DNA of 64,000 nt from a virus, in the IMG/VR virus record IMGVR_UViG_3300022928_001147, positions 1-64,000 of that record; one strand, 5' to 3'. This document shows positions 8,064-17,700 of this stretch, in pieces; the first letter of the stretch is position 1, and every line of letters begins with the position of its first letter. The position numbers were made by a program, and so were the translations under genes. The notes beneath the pieces are model-generated. The model did not search any database. It was not told the DNA's origin and saw nothing but the letters and a program-made list of their open reading frames with translations.

Positions 8064-9347
8064 ATGAGCGTAGAAGGCAAAAAACATTGGACACCCGATC
8101 CAGATATTACCCCTGAACAACTCAAAGCTATGCGAGTAGATGTACTCGATCGCATCATTGTAGCTCGTGTAGGCTTGCTGTTGCGTCATCCGTTCTTTGG
8201 CAATATGGCTACTCGTTTGCAAATTAAAAGTGCAGATGATTGGTTGCCCACTGCCGCTGTAGACGGACGTAATCTTTATTTTAACACTCAATTCTTTAAC
8301 GCAATGAGCAATAAAGAAATTGAGTTTGTTATTGCTCACGAAATTCTACACTGTGTATTTGATCACTTAGGACGTAGAGATGACCGTAATCCACAAATTT
8401 ATAACATTGCCGCTGACTACATTGTAAACAACTTGCTTGTTCGTGATCGTATTGGCGATAAGCCTAAGCTCGTAGATTGTTTCCAAGACTTTAAATATGA
8501 TGGTTGGACTTCTGAAGAAGTATACGATGACTTGTTTGAAGAAGCTAAAAAGAACGGCGAAGAATATTTGAAGCAACTTGGCGAACTGCTCGACGAGCAT
8601 ATCGACTGGGAAGGTGAAGGCGAAAGCGAAGGTAGTGGAGATAAAGACGGCAAAGAAAGCAAGAGTCGTCCTACTTACACTAAAGAAGAACTAAAGAAGA
8701 TCAAAGACGAGATCAAAGAAAATATGATTTCGGCAGCGCAAACATCAGGTGCAGGCAACACACCTGGCGAGATTCAGCGTATGATCAAAGAGCTTACTGA
8801 GCCTAAGATGAACTGGCGCGAACTATTGCGTCAGCAAATCCAAAGCACTGTCCGCAATGATTACACATTTAGTCGCCCTAGCCGTAAAGGTCAAATGACT
8901 GGTGCTATTTTGCCGGGCATGAACTTTGACGAAACTATTGACATTTGTATTGCATTAGATATGAGCGGGTCAATTGGTGATAGTCAGGCTCAAGACTTCC
9001 TAAGCGAAATCAAAGGTATTATGGACGAGTACAAAGATTATCAGATTAAATTGTGGTGCTTTGATACTAAAGTGTATAATGAGCAGGACTTTAGTGCAGA
9101 TGGCGGCGACAGCTTACTGGACTATGAGATCATGGGCGGTGGCGGCACTGACTTTGATGCTAACTGGGATTACATGAAGTATAATGATATTCAACCTAAG
9201 AAGTTTATCATGTTTACAGATGGGTATCCTTGGAATAGCTGGGGTGATGAAAACTACTGTGATACAATCTTTATCATTCACAGTCACCGTGACAAGAACT
9301 TGCAAGCACCTTTTGGTCTTACAGCACATTACGAGGACGTGGCTTGA
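8064..9347 (+). CDS. Metallopeptidase-like (HExxH) plus vWA domain protein (DUF2201-like)
   Basis: AHEILH, acidic/Gly linker, MIDAS DMSGS, GGGGTDF, FTDG. Confidence 0.9.
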   Translation: MSVEGKKHWTPDPDITPEQLKAMRVDVLDRIIVARVGLLLRHPFFGNMATRLQIKSADDWLPTAAVDGRNLYFNTQFFNAMSNKEIEFVIAHEILHCVFDHLGRRDDRNPQIYNIAADYIVNNLLVRDRIGDKPKLVDCFQDFKYDGWTSEEVYDDLFEEAKKNGEEYLKQLGELLDEHIDWEGEGESEGSGDKDGKESKSRPTYTKEELKKIKDEIKENMISAAQTSGAGNTPGEIQRMIKELTEPKMNWRELLRQQIQSTVRNDYTFSRPSRKGQMTGAILPGMNFDETIDICIALDMSGSIGDSQAQDFLSEIKGIMDEYKDYQIKLWCFDTKVYNEQDFSADGGDSLLDYEIMGGGGTDFDANWDYMKYNDIQPKKFIMFTDGYPWNSWGDENYCDTIFIIHSHRDKNLQAPFGLTAHYEDVA

Positions 9348-9622
9348 AACTAAAAGAGCCCAATGCATTAAACTTTTTCGAGATGCGGAGAGTAAAGTTA
9401 CCTGCTCCGCATTTCGAATACATCCTTTTGCCTACTAGATATAATTTAGATCAAAGTCTAGTTAAATGGATAGAACAGAATCTCAGAGGTAGATTCTACG
9501 TAGGCAAGACTATTGCAATATCTAACAGCAATAGCATTGAGAACATGACCAAGGTCGGATTTGAGGAAGCTAAAGAGCTTTCTTATTTCACTTTGGCGTG
9601 TCCGTATTTAAAATATAATTAA
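9344..9622 (+). CDS. Hypothetical protein
   Basis: 92 aa, TTG start overlapping the previous stop. Confidence 0.65.
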   Translation: MKLKEPNALNFFEMRRVKLPAPHFEYILLPTRYNLDQSLVKWIEQNLRGRFYVGKTIAISNSNSIENMTKVGFEEAKELSYFTLACPYLKYN

Positions 9623-9654
9623 ATATAAAGACAACAAACATATAGGAGATATTT

Positions 9655-9876
9655 ATGTCTGAAGAAGTTAAAGAAGAAGCGGCAAAAGTACCCGAAGCAG
9701 CTAGTCCAGAATTAACAGTTAATGATCTAGCATCAATCAAACAAGTTATTGATGTAGCAAGTCAGCGTGGTGCATTTAAGCCAAACGAAATGGTAGCAGT
9801 TGGTACCATCTACAGCAAGCTGGAAACATTCCTAGCAGCAGTAGCAGCGCAACAAGAACCTTCTAAAGGAGAATAA
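9655..9876 (+). CDS. Conserved small phage protein
   Basis: LTVNDL...IDVASQRGAFKPNE; strong RBS AGGAG. Confidence 0.8.
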   Translation: MSEEVKEEAAKVPEAASPELTVNDLASIKQVIDVASQRGAFKPNEMVAVGTIYSKLETFLAAVAAQQEPSKGE

Positions 9877-9878
9877 GA

Positions 9879-10514
9879 ATGGCAGATACTAAACATGTAG
9901 GTCGCATTGCTAAAACTAAGAAAAAATGTGGCGTAGTATATCGCGTAGTACCAGGCGAGCCCGAAAGTTGTGTTGTTGTAATGACCGAAAGTTTAGATGC
10001 AGCCGATCACGATTCGTTCATTAATTTAATCAACTCAGCTACTGCTCAAGATGCGTACGAGCTCGGCGAAGCGATGGCAAGAGCACAATTATCCGATGGC
10101 CGCAATATGCTTGCTGGATTCCATACTACGGGACGCATGCAGAAAGTTGCTACTAATCTAGTAGAAATGACGCCAAATAATAATGCATCCATTAATTTAG
10201 CAGAGCTTAACACTATTATTGCACAGCAAAGAGGCGTTACTGTAGCAGATCTTGCATTAGGTGGTGCAAAACCAGCAGTACAAGATACAGGCGTAGCTAA
10301 CGCAGCAGATGCTTATACTAACAATACATCATCTATGTCAGCGATGGACGAAGTAGTTACAACAGACGAAGGTATTATTACTGACGAGATGCTTGCAGCA
10401 AAATATCGTAGCGATGCAGATAGATTGAGCAAAGAAGCGGCAGCATTGCGTAGACAGGCAGAGGAATTGGTTCCTACTAAAAAAGCATCTAAGAAAACTG
10501 CCGAGAGTGCCTAA
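9879..10514 (+). CDS. Hypothetical protein
   Basis: 211 aa, RBS AAGGAG, C-terminal coiled coil. Confidence 0.8.
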   Translation: MADTKHVGRIAKTKKKCGVVYRVVPGEPESCVVVMTESLDAADHDSFINLINSATAQDAYELGEAMARAQLSDGRNMLAGFHTTGRMQKVATNLVEMTPNNNASINLAELNTIIAQQRGVTVADLALGGAKPAVQDTGVANAADAYTNNTSSMSAMDEVVTTDEGIITDEMLAAKYRSDADRLSKEAAALRRQAEELVPTKKASKKTAESA

Positions 10515-10818
10515 GAGTAAGAAACTTCCGCCGGCTGTTATCGATACTTGGCCCGAAATCTTTAATGAGATAGATGTTGATGTTGTGCCTATTGAATACT
10601 TGCACAGCATCAACGTTCGTTTTAAAGATGGAAAGACTTGGGAAATTGACATTAAAAAGACCCGAGAAAAACCAAATGTTGATGTAGAATCGGCATTAGA
10701 AGAACTGTTCGAACATTACGAAGACTCAATTGACAGTATCGACTTTAGATTAGATACTGAAAAAGTTAAGTTTGATATTAAAAAACGAACACATCAGTTC
10801 ATGAAGAAAAGGAAGTAA
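10507..10818 (+). CDS. Hypothetical protein
   Basis: 103 aa, overlapping GTG start. Confidence 0.7.
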   Translation: MPKSKKLPPAVIDTWPEIFNEIDVDVVPIEYLHSINVRFKDGKTWEIDIKKTREKPNVDVESALEELFEHYEDSIDSIDFRLDTEKVKFDIKKRTHQFMKKRK

Positions 10819-10835
10819 TCTTTCTTGTCAAAGGC

Positions 10836-10842
10836 ATAAATA
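10836..10842 (+). promoter_or_regulatory. Late-type promoter ATAAATA
   Basis: T4-like late -10 element in the intergenic gap before a virion gene. Confidence 0.6.
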
Positions 10843-10873
10843 CATATGAACAATACTATCCAGGAGTTTATAC

Positions 10874-12154
10874 ATGGCTTTACAAGTTAGACGCGGCACT
10901 AATGCAGAACGATTAGCAATTACACCATTAGCGGGCGAATTAATATTTACAACAGACACCAAACAGTTATACGTTGGTGACGGAACTACCACTGGCGGTA
11001 TTACTAGTATTGCAAACACAATTGATTCTGTACTAGCTGACACTAGTCCACAGTTAGGTGGTAATTTAGACTTAAACAGTTTTAATATTACTGGTACAGG
11101 TAATATAGATATTACTGGCACAATTACTGCAAGTGGCAATATTATTGCTAACGGTAACATTACACTAGGCAACGGAATTGGCGGAGATGTAATTACAATT
11201 GGAGGTACTGTTGCAGGTAACTTAATACCTAATGCTAATAATTCGTCGCTGTTAGGCGCTCCGGATGCATACTGGAGAGAAGCATGGATTGATCAACTCA
11301 ATATTGGAAATCAAATAACTGCTGACCGCATCAACGCTTCAATAATTGCAGATGATAGTACTGTAATGGTTGATGCAATAACAGGATCACTTACTGGTAG
11401 ATTAGTTGGCGATGTAGTGGGTAGTGTGTTTGCAGATGATAGTACTATAATTGTAGATGCAGTTAATGGTATCATATCTCCTGCTGCTATTGTTGGAGAT
11501 ATTGCAGTTGCATCTCTTACAACTGATTTGATGAAAATATCTTCACCTACATTAGTACTTGGTCCAAGCGATATTGCTGAAACTGTAACCTTTGAAATGC
11601 AAGGATTTAACCAAGGACCTACTGGGTTTGTAAGTAATTATCCGCAGATGCATTACGTTAACGAATCAAGTTATGGACTTTTTAGAGAAAATCCAAATTG
11701 GCTACACGGTGCTATCAAATTCGGTAAAGTCGATGCAGAAAATCCAATAAAATCGATTGCTGCAACAATCAGTAGTCGTGAAAGTCATTTAGAAATCAAA
11801 GTCGATCTTCCAGATGATCTAGATACTTACCCAATAACACATCAATTAAGATTGATGCGTGATACAGGTTATTTTGGTGTTGGTGTAGCTACTCCGTTAG
11901 CATCAATACATACACCAAAAGATGCATTGATTGGTAATGTTTTAATTGATGACAATTATATTACTAGTACTACATCAAACAGCAACTTAGAATTACGTGC
12001 AAACGGAACTGGTACTGTTCAATTAGTTGTTCCTACACAATCTACTGTAGGAGTTGCAGGTGCAGCAAGTGCATTGCCTGCAAGCCCAGACATTTATTTT
12101 AAAATAAACGTTAACGGCACTGATTATGTTGTTCCAGGATTTGCAGTAAGCTAA
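10874..12154 (+). CDS. Virion fibre-like protein (Mtd_N/hyaluronidase-type N-terminus)
   Basis: MALQVRRGT..ER....LAGELIFTTDTKQLYVGDG; DTSPQLGGNLDLN; G/T/N-rich beta repeats. Confidence 0.75.
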   Translation: MALQVRRGTNAERLAITPLAGELIFTTDTKQLYVGDGTTTGGITSIANTIDSVLADTSPQLGGNLDLNSFNITGTGNIDITGTITASGNIIANGNITLGNGIGGDVITIGGTVAGNLIPNANNSSLLGAPDAYWREAWIDQLNIGNQITADRINASIIADDSTVMVDAITGSLTGRLVGDVVGSVFADDSTIIVDAVNGIISPAAIVGDIAVASLTTDLMKISSPTLVLGPSDIAETVTFEMQGFNQGPTGFVSNYPQMHYVNESSYGLFRENPNWLHGAIKFGKVDAENPIKSIAATISSRESHLEIKVDLPDDLDTYPITHQLRLMRDTGYFGVGVATPLASIHTPKDALIGNVLIDDNYITSTTSNSNLELRANGTGTVQLVVPTQSTVGVAGAASALPASPDIYFKINVNGTDYVVPGFAVS

Positions 12155-12167
12155 AATTGAGGCATAG

Positions 12168-12842
12168 ATGACAGCCGAATGGCAAATACATAAACCAGTT
12201 ATTGAACAATGGCCGGCTCGAAATGAACTTTATAATAGGTTATTTACTTTAGGTGATATAGTACCATTAAAGTTCATTTTAAATGCTGGCGAAATTCTTC
12301 ATCAATTAGAAGCATGGGAAACATCCTGGCAAAAGTATAATCCAAGAGATGGCGGTATTCCTAGATTTGGATTACCGTATACAAGTATAGACGGTAACGT
12401 TATTGATCCAATTAGTTTAGATAGCATACGTCAATATAACAAATTACATCAAACGCGATATGTAGAAGAAGACTTCTGTCATTTAACTGAAGTTGGAAAA
12501 GGCATACCGACTCTTCAACCTATTAATGAATTATTAGGTGACAGCATGTATCGTAGTCACTTTTTAAGATTAGGAAAAGGAGGATTTTTTCCTCCACATC
12601 GAGACGCTATATACAATACATCATTTAGACTTATTATGCCGTTAAACTTTTGTACAGGTACTACATTTTTTATGTACGAAGATAAACCTGTACATTTAGA
12701 AAATGGAAGATTATACTTAATGAATACTGTTAAAGTGCATAGTTTGTTTAGCATGACAAATTATATGACAATGCTAGTATTTAATGTAGGGTTGAACGAA
12801 AAAATTGTAAAAGATATGTACTTTAATTTAAACGGAATGTAA
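12168..12842 (+). CDS. AspH-like 2OG-Fe(II) hydroxylase
   Basis: GGFFPPHRD, G..YLMNT.K.H. Confidence 0.75.
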   Translation: MTAEWQIHKPVIEQWPARNELYNRLFTLGDIVPLKFILNAGEILHQLEAWETSWQKYNPRDGGIPRFGLPYTSIDGNVIDPISLDSIRQYNKLHQTRYVEEDFCHLTEVGKGIPTLQPINELLGDSMYRSHFLRLGKGGFFPPHRDAIYNTSFRLIMPLNFCTGTTFFMYEDKPVHLENGRLYLMNTVKVHSLFSMTNYMTMLVFNVGLNEKIVKDMYFNLNGM

Positions 12843-12843
12843 A

Positions 12844-13323
12844 ATGCAAATAAAAGAAATATCGTTTAATGATATTTTACCTGTGTGGCAAAATCATTTA
12901 TGGCTAGACAGGACTAGCGAAATAAAAAGCATGAGTAGTATGACTTTATCAAGAACATACAACATGTCAATATATGAAATCTACAAACCTTACTTTTGTG
13001 CAATATATGACGACGATTCGATCGTAGGAGTTAATAGCTGTCATCAAACTGATATAGACGAATTTAGAAGTAGAGGAATATATATTTTCTCTCAATACAG
13101 ATCTAAAAATTATTCTTCTTTATTATTTGACTTTGTTAAAGAAAAAGCTATAGAGAATAATTGTACTACAATTTGGAGTTTACCAAGACTTAGTGCATTA
13201 AAAAGTTATACCAATTATGGGTTTAAAGAATGCAGCGAAGTAATAAATACTAATGTAGAGTTTGGCCCTAACGTATACGTTAAAATGATATTAGAAAAAG
13301 GACACGAAAATGTTAACATCTAA
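12844..13323 (+). CDS. GNAT-family acetyltransferase
   Basis: FRSRGIYIFSQYRSKNYS (motif A), WSLPR..AL..Y...GF. Confidence 0.8.
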   Translation: MQIKEISFNDILPVWQNHLWLDRTSEIKSMSSMTLSRTYNMSIYEIYKPYFCAIYDDDSIVGVNSCHQTDIDEFRSRGIYIFSQYRSKNYSSLLFDFVKEKAIENNCTTIWSLPRLSALKSYTNYGFKECSEVINTNVEFGPNVYVKMILEKGHENVNI

Positions 13324-14041
13324 AGAGTATGTAAAAAAATTAAAAAAAGAATGTGAGCCACTATTTCAGTTTGCTGAAAACGGTGTCCGAAAGTTTTTCG
13401 AAAAAGACCCAAGTAAAGAAGAATTAATTAATTACTTTGTTCCACGTGTAGTTAACGAACGCGGCAACTGTACAGGTATTGCCGCTCGTGTTGCAAACTT
13501 ACCAAACGATGCAACTCCTGAAGAGTTTTGGATGTTATCTAAGCAAGTATATGACGAAGCAAAACACTTCCGTATTGGTATGGATATTTTAACACATATC
13601 AATGGCGAACCAGTAGACGTTGGCGAAATTGTTACACGTATGAAAAATCGTACAAAAGAAAACGGTACAATGGGTCCTGCGCAATTAATGGAAAAATACG
13701 AATCTTCTACTGATCCTTTAGCACAAGCATTATACAGCTACATCGGAGAAGGCCGTGCTGCACGTAATTGGAGTATGATTGCTAAGACTGCCACTGATCC
13801 ATTACTTGCTAAAAAATACGACGAAATTGCAAAAGACGAACGATTCCATGCAAACATTGGACGCAAGAAGCTCGAAGAAATTTGTACTACTCAAGAAATG
13901 CAAGACAAGGCAGATGAATTAGCAAGAGAATTTATGGACGACCTTTACACTATTGGTCTTGCAAAGCGTCTTAAAAATAAACCAGAACTAGCTGATGCAG
14001 ACGGCTGTGTTAAAAGTCATTATCCGTTAGGAGCAAACTAA
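13310..14041 (+). CDS. Ferritin-like diiron protein
   Basis: Two E...ExxH halves: VNE...DEAKH and GE...DERFH. Confidence 0.8.
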   Translation: MLTSKEYVKKLKKECEPLFQFAENGVRKFFEKDPSKEELINYFVPRVVNERGNCTGIAARVANLPNDATPEEFWMLSKQVYDEAKHFRIGMDILTHINGEPVDVGEIVTRMKNRTKENGTMGPAQLMEKYESSTDPLAQALYSYIGEGRAARNWSMIAKTATDPLLAKKYDEIAKDERFHANIGRKKLEEICTTQEMQDKADELAREFMDDLYTIGLAKRLKNKPELADADGCVKSHYPLGAN

Positions 14042-14058
14042 ACTAGAATAAGTACTTG

Positions 14059-15357
14059 ATGCAGGTACTAAATAAAGAAAAGTTTACTCATTATAAAACA
14101 GACTTCGGCGATCTCTATATAGCAGGACATATGTCCCTAGAGGTATCCGAAGTTTCGTCGTCTTTAGATGCAGGAAATTTTCCAGAACATCTTAGAGGTA
14201 ATTTTGCATTAATATATTCATCACCTACTGTAAATTGTTATGCTGTAGATCATTTCAGTACAATCCCTTTATTTTATACAGACGATAATGTAGTAGGAAC
14301 ATACTACATAGATGTTCGAAATGCTATCGATGATTTAAAAATTAATGATGACGAACAAGAAATGATTGACTTACATGGCGGATATAATTTTGGAAAATTT
14401 ACCAATATTCAAGGATTATTTAGAGTAGAGCCATGTACGTATGTATGGAATGGGGTCGTTAAACGCTTTATAACGCTCTTACAGCGCGAACTAACTGAGT
14501 TCAGTGCTACACACTGCCAGAAGCTGTTTAAAGCTGCTATAGACCGTTGTACAGGTGAAAGCAACACGCTATTCTTAAGTGGCGGCAAAGACTCTAGCAC
14601 TCTTGCAGGTTGCATGAAGCACTGGAATTATAACTTTAATACTATTTCATTACACAGCCCAAATCAGCAATATTCCGAAAAAAAAATAGTAGAACGTCTT
14701 GATGAATTTTATAGTATCGATACTCAATATGTAGAAGTTGAATATTCTGGAAAAATACTCGGACAACTGAACGAACGATTTTTTAACTTTTGGATAGAAA
14801 ATCCGTTTGGTGCAAAACGTAGTGCAGTTAAACGAGTTGGGCTAGAAAATAATGTACAGATAACAGGCGAAGGCGGGCCGCTTGTATTTCAGCACAATAT
14901 GCCGTTAGCATATGCTATACAATCTCCGTCATCAACTATTAAAGATTACTGCAAAATATTAGCAATAGACACTATTACTAATCACAAAATAGCAAGCCCA
15001 AACGACAGTTATATATGGAATGATAAAGTACATTTAGTTGAAAAAATTGCAAATTTTTATTTAGATGAATACAACTCGTTTGGTGACGCAGATTACACAA
15101 ATAAACTGTTACATTTACAAACTGTTAGCACATGTGCATACAGAAACTTTGCATATAGCCAAGATGCTGAAATTACATGGACACATCCGTATTTTGATTG
15201 GGACTTTGTGTACTATGTATGTAATTTGCCACCTAAATATAAAATTGCTAAATCTTTATTTAAAGAAGCATTTGGAGATTTTATATCCACAATACCATGG
15301 GAGTATCCGAAGAATGGACTATCTATACCCTCAAAAAATAAGTATAGAAACAATTAA
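14059..15357 (+). CDS. Asparagine-synthetase-like ATP pyrophosphatase (no catalytic Cys1)
   Basis: GNFAL..VDHF..IPLFY (degenerate GATase half); PP-loop LSGGKDSS; ITGEGG; HPYFD. Confidence 0.75.
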   Translation: MQVLNKEKFTHYKTDFGDLYIAGHMSLEVSEVSSSLDAGNFPEHLRGNFALIYSSPTVNCYAVDHFSTIPLFYTDDNVVGTYYIDVRNAIDDLKINDDEQEMIDLHGGYNFGKFTNIQGLFRVEPCTYVWNGVVKRFITLLQRELTEFSATHCQKLFKAAIDRCTGESNTLFLSGGKDSSTLAGCMKHWNYNFNTISLHSPNQQYSEKKIVERLDEFYSIDTQYVEVEYSGKILGQLNERFFNFWIENPFGAKRSAVKRVGLENNVQITGEGGPLVFQHNMPLAYAIQSPSSTIKDYCKILAIDTITNHKIASPNDSYIWNDKVHLVEKIANFYLDEYNSFGDADYTNKLLHLQTVSTCAYRNFAYSQDAEITWTHPYFDWDFVYYVCNLPPKYKIAKSLFKEAFGDFISTIPWEYPKNGLSIPSKNKYRNN

Positions 15358-15817
15358 TATTTCGAATGTAATCTTATTACCAAATAAACTCGCAGGCGAT
15401 TTGTATATGAAAGAATTCTACGATAAGTATGTAGATGTTATCGTATGTACAGCCGATGGCGAATATCCAATTGACTCTCGATTAAAAGAAAAAACGTTAA
15501 CAGCATTAGAAAACGATGTTAAGATTAATCTAATTGTTATCGGTGACCAAAGTCTTGTTGACAGAAAAATTGCTACAAAAAAATTGTTAATATTAGACGA
15601 TTTAATTATGATGGATTTTAGTACAAGTAGATTAGATATCATGAGTGCATTAGAATTAGATTCATATAAAATAACTAGCATAATTAAGAACTTTTGCACA
15701 CAAGGTAAGAAATTAAAAATAGGATACAATTTGAGCAATGTTATTAATTATAAAAAATACGACCCTTCTAAATTTAACAGTCTATATACATTAATGAGCG
15801 GAAAAGATGTTAATTAA
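15314..15817 (+). CDS. Hypothetical protein (start 15314 or 15407)
   Basis: Open frame filling the gap before tctB; start uncertain. Confidence 0.6.
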   Translation: MDYLYPQKISIETINISNVILLPNKLAGDLYMKEFYDKYVDVIVCTADGEYPIDSRLKEKTLTALENDVKINLIVIGDQSLVDRKIATKKLLILDDLIMMDFSTSRLDIMSALELDSYKITSIIKNFCTQGKKLKIGYNLSNVINYKKYDPSKFNSLYTLMSGKDVN

Positions 15818-16229
15818 TCGAGAACTTGCTGTACTAATTTTATATAGCGTAATAGGTATTACATTTGGCATTGGAAGTTTACAATACGACATTGGTACAT
15901 TAGATAATATGCAAACAGGTTATTTTCCTGCGTTAATTAGCGGCATCTTAATTTTAATCGGTATACTTAATTATATTAAGAATTTTAAACGAAAAGATAA
16001 AGTCGTTATTCATATTAACATTCCAATACTGCTAATTGCAATTATTGTATTAACATTTGTTATTGCAAAATTGAGCGGATTACTATTAGCTAGCATATTT
16101 TTAGTATGGAGCAGTTCATATTTACATCCAGAATTTAATTTAAAGCACACATCTATAATAACAGCAGTAAGCATATTATTGTTATTAATTTTAAAATTTA
16201 CAGTATTAAGGGCATTGCCATTATGGTAG
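15807..16229 (+). CDS. tctB: Tripartite tricarboxylate transporter small membrane subunit
   Basis: About 4 TM helices, Y.IG....M..GYFP motif, directly upstream of tctA. Confidence 0.8.
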   Translation: MLINRELAVLILYSVIGITFGIGSLQYDIGTLDNMQTGYFPALISGILILIGILNYIKNFKRKDKVVIHINIPILLIAIIVLTFVIAKLSGLLLASIFLVWSSSYLHPEFNLKHTSIITAVSILLLLILKFTVLRALPLW

Positions 16230-17698
16230 AACAAATCTTAATAGGTGCAGATGTTGTTTTTACATTTGAAAGTCTTGGATACATTCTATTAGGGTGTCTA
16301 ATAGGCACGATAGTAGGCGTGCTGCCAGGCTTAGGTCCAGCAGCAGCTATTAGTATTGCTCTTCCGGCTACATTTTATATTAGTCCCATTTATGGATTAA
16401 TGATGTTAAGCGGTATTTATTATGGTACACAATATGGCGGTAGCATAACTAGTATCCTTTTAAAAATACCCGGTGAAACTTCTAGTGTAATGACTATTAT
16501 AGACGGGCATGCCATGACTATGCAGGGAAGAGCAGGAGTAGCAATCTTTGCTGCTGGCATGAGTAGTTTTACTGCTGGAATATTTACTACTTTCTTAATT
16601 GCATTTTTAAGCCCTGTGTTAGCTGATTTTGCATTTAGTTTCGGTCCGGCGGAATACACTATGTTAATGTTGTTAGGATTTATTAGTATAAGTGTTATTA
16701 CGACCGACGACATGCTTAAGAGCTTTGGAGTAGTATGCATAGGCATATTAGTAGGATGCATAGGAACTGATACTATCACAGGTTTTGAACGATTTAGTTT
16801 TAACAGTGCATATCTAATTGATGGTGTAGGATTTGCAAGTGTTGCTATTGGTCTGTTTGCTATTAGTGAAATATTTAAAAATATTATAGAGAAAATTAGT
16901 ATAAAGCCTTACACTGGCAAACTTAAACTGTTTCCATCTAAAGAAGATTTGAAAAGAATGATACCTCCTACTATTCGAGGTACATTATTAGGAAGCATAT
17001 TAGGGTTGTTGCCAGGTGGCGGAATAACAATAAGCGCATACGCCGGATATAGCTTAGAGAAAAAGGTTAGTAAAAATAAAGACGAAATGGGCAAAGGAGC
17101 CATTGAAGGAGTTTGCGCACCAGAAGCTGCAAATAATGCAAGCGCACAAGCAGGCTTTATTCCTTTATTAGCATTAGGACTTCCAGAAAACGCAGTCATG
17201 GCAATCATGCTAGGCGCATTTATGTTATACGGAATTGTGCCAGGCCCTATTATGATGTCTAATCAACCTGATATCTTTTGGGGACTAGTTATAAGTATGC
17301 TAGTAGGAAACTTCTTCCTAGTAATTTTAAACATTCCGTTAATCAGAGTATGGACTAATATTCTTAAAGTTCCGTACAATATGCTTTATCCAATTATTCT
17401 AGTAATATGTATACTAGGTGTATACACTATGAGAACAACCCTAGAAGATATATTATTACTAGCAGTATTTGGAATGTTAGGGTATGTATTAATGGCTTTA
17501 AAAATAAACTTTGTGCCATTTATGATAGGGTTTGTTCTTGGACCAAAGTTTGAAATTGTATTTCGTAGATCACTAGTACTAAATGATGGAAATTTTAGCA
17601 TTTTCGTTGATCGTCCAATATCATTAGCACTATTATGCATTTGTGTAATACTGGTGTTAATTGGCATAAATAAGTATATAAGAAACTTCAGGAGTTAA
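16223..17698 (+). CDS. tctA: Tripartite tricarboxylate transporter large permease
   Basis: VGVLPGLGP and LGLLPGGG repeats, YGGSI.SIL..IPG, APEAANNA. Confidence 0.95.
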   Translation: MVEQILIGADVVFTFESLGYILLGCLIGTIVGVLPGLGPAAAISIALPATFYISPIYGLMMLSGIYYGTQYGGSITSILLKIPGETSSVMTIIDGHAMTMQGRAGVAIFAAGMSSFTAGIFTTFLIAFLSPVLADFAFSFGPAEYTMLMLLGFISISVITTDDMLKSFGVVCIGILVGCIGTDTITGFERFSFNSAYLIDGVGFASVAIGLFAISEIFKNIIEKISIKPYTGKLKLFPSKEDLKRMIPPTIRGTLLGSILGLLPGGGITISAYAGYSLEKKVSKNKDEMGKGAIEGVCAPEAANNASAQAGFIPLLALGLPENAVMAIMLGAFMLYGIVPGPIMMSNQPDIFWGLVISMLVGNFFLVILNIPLIRVWTNILKVPYNMLYPIILVICILGVYTMRTTLEDILLLAVFGMLGYVLMALKINFVPFMIGFVLGPKFEIVFRRSLVLNDGNFSIFVDRPISLALLCICVILVLIGINKYIRNFRS

Positions 17699-17700
17699 CA

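Noticed and set aside
14059-15357. Lasso-peptide gene cluster
   Set aside because: No transglutaminase-like B2 peptidase, RRE or precursor with a typical leader is visible nearby
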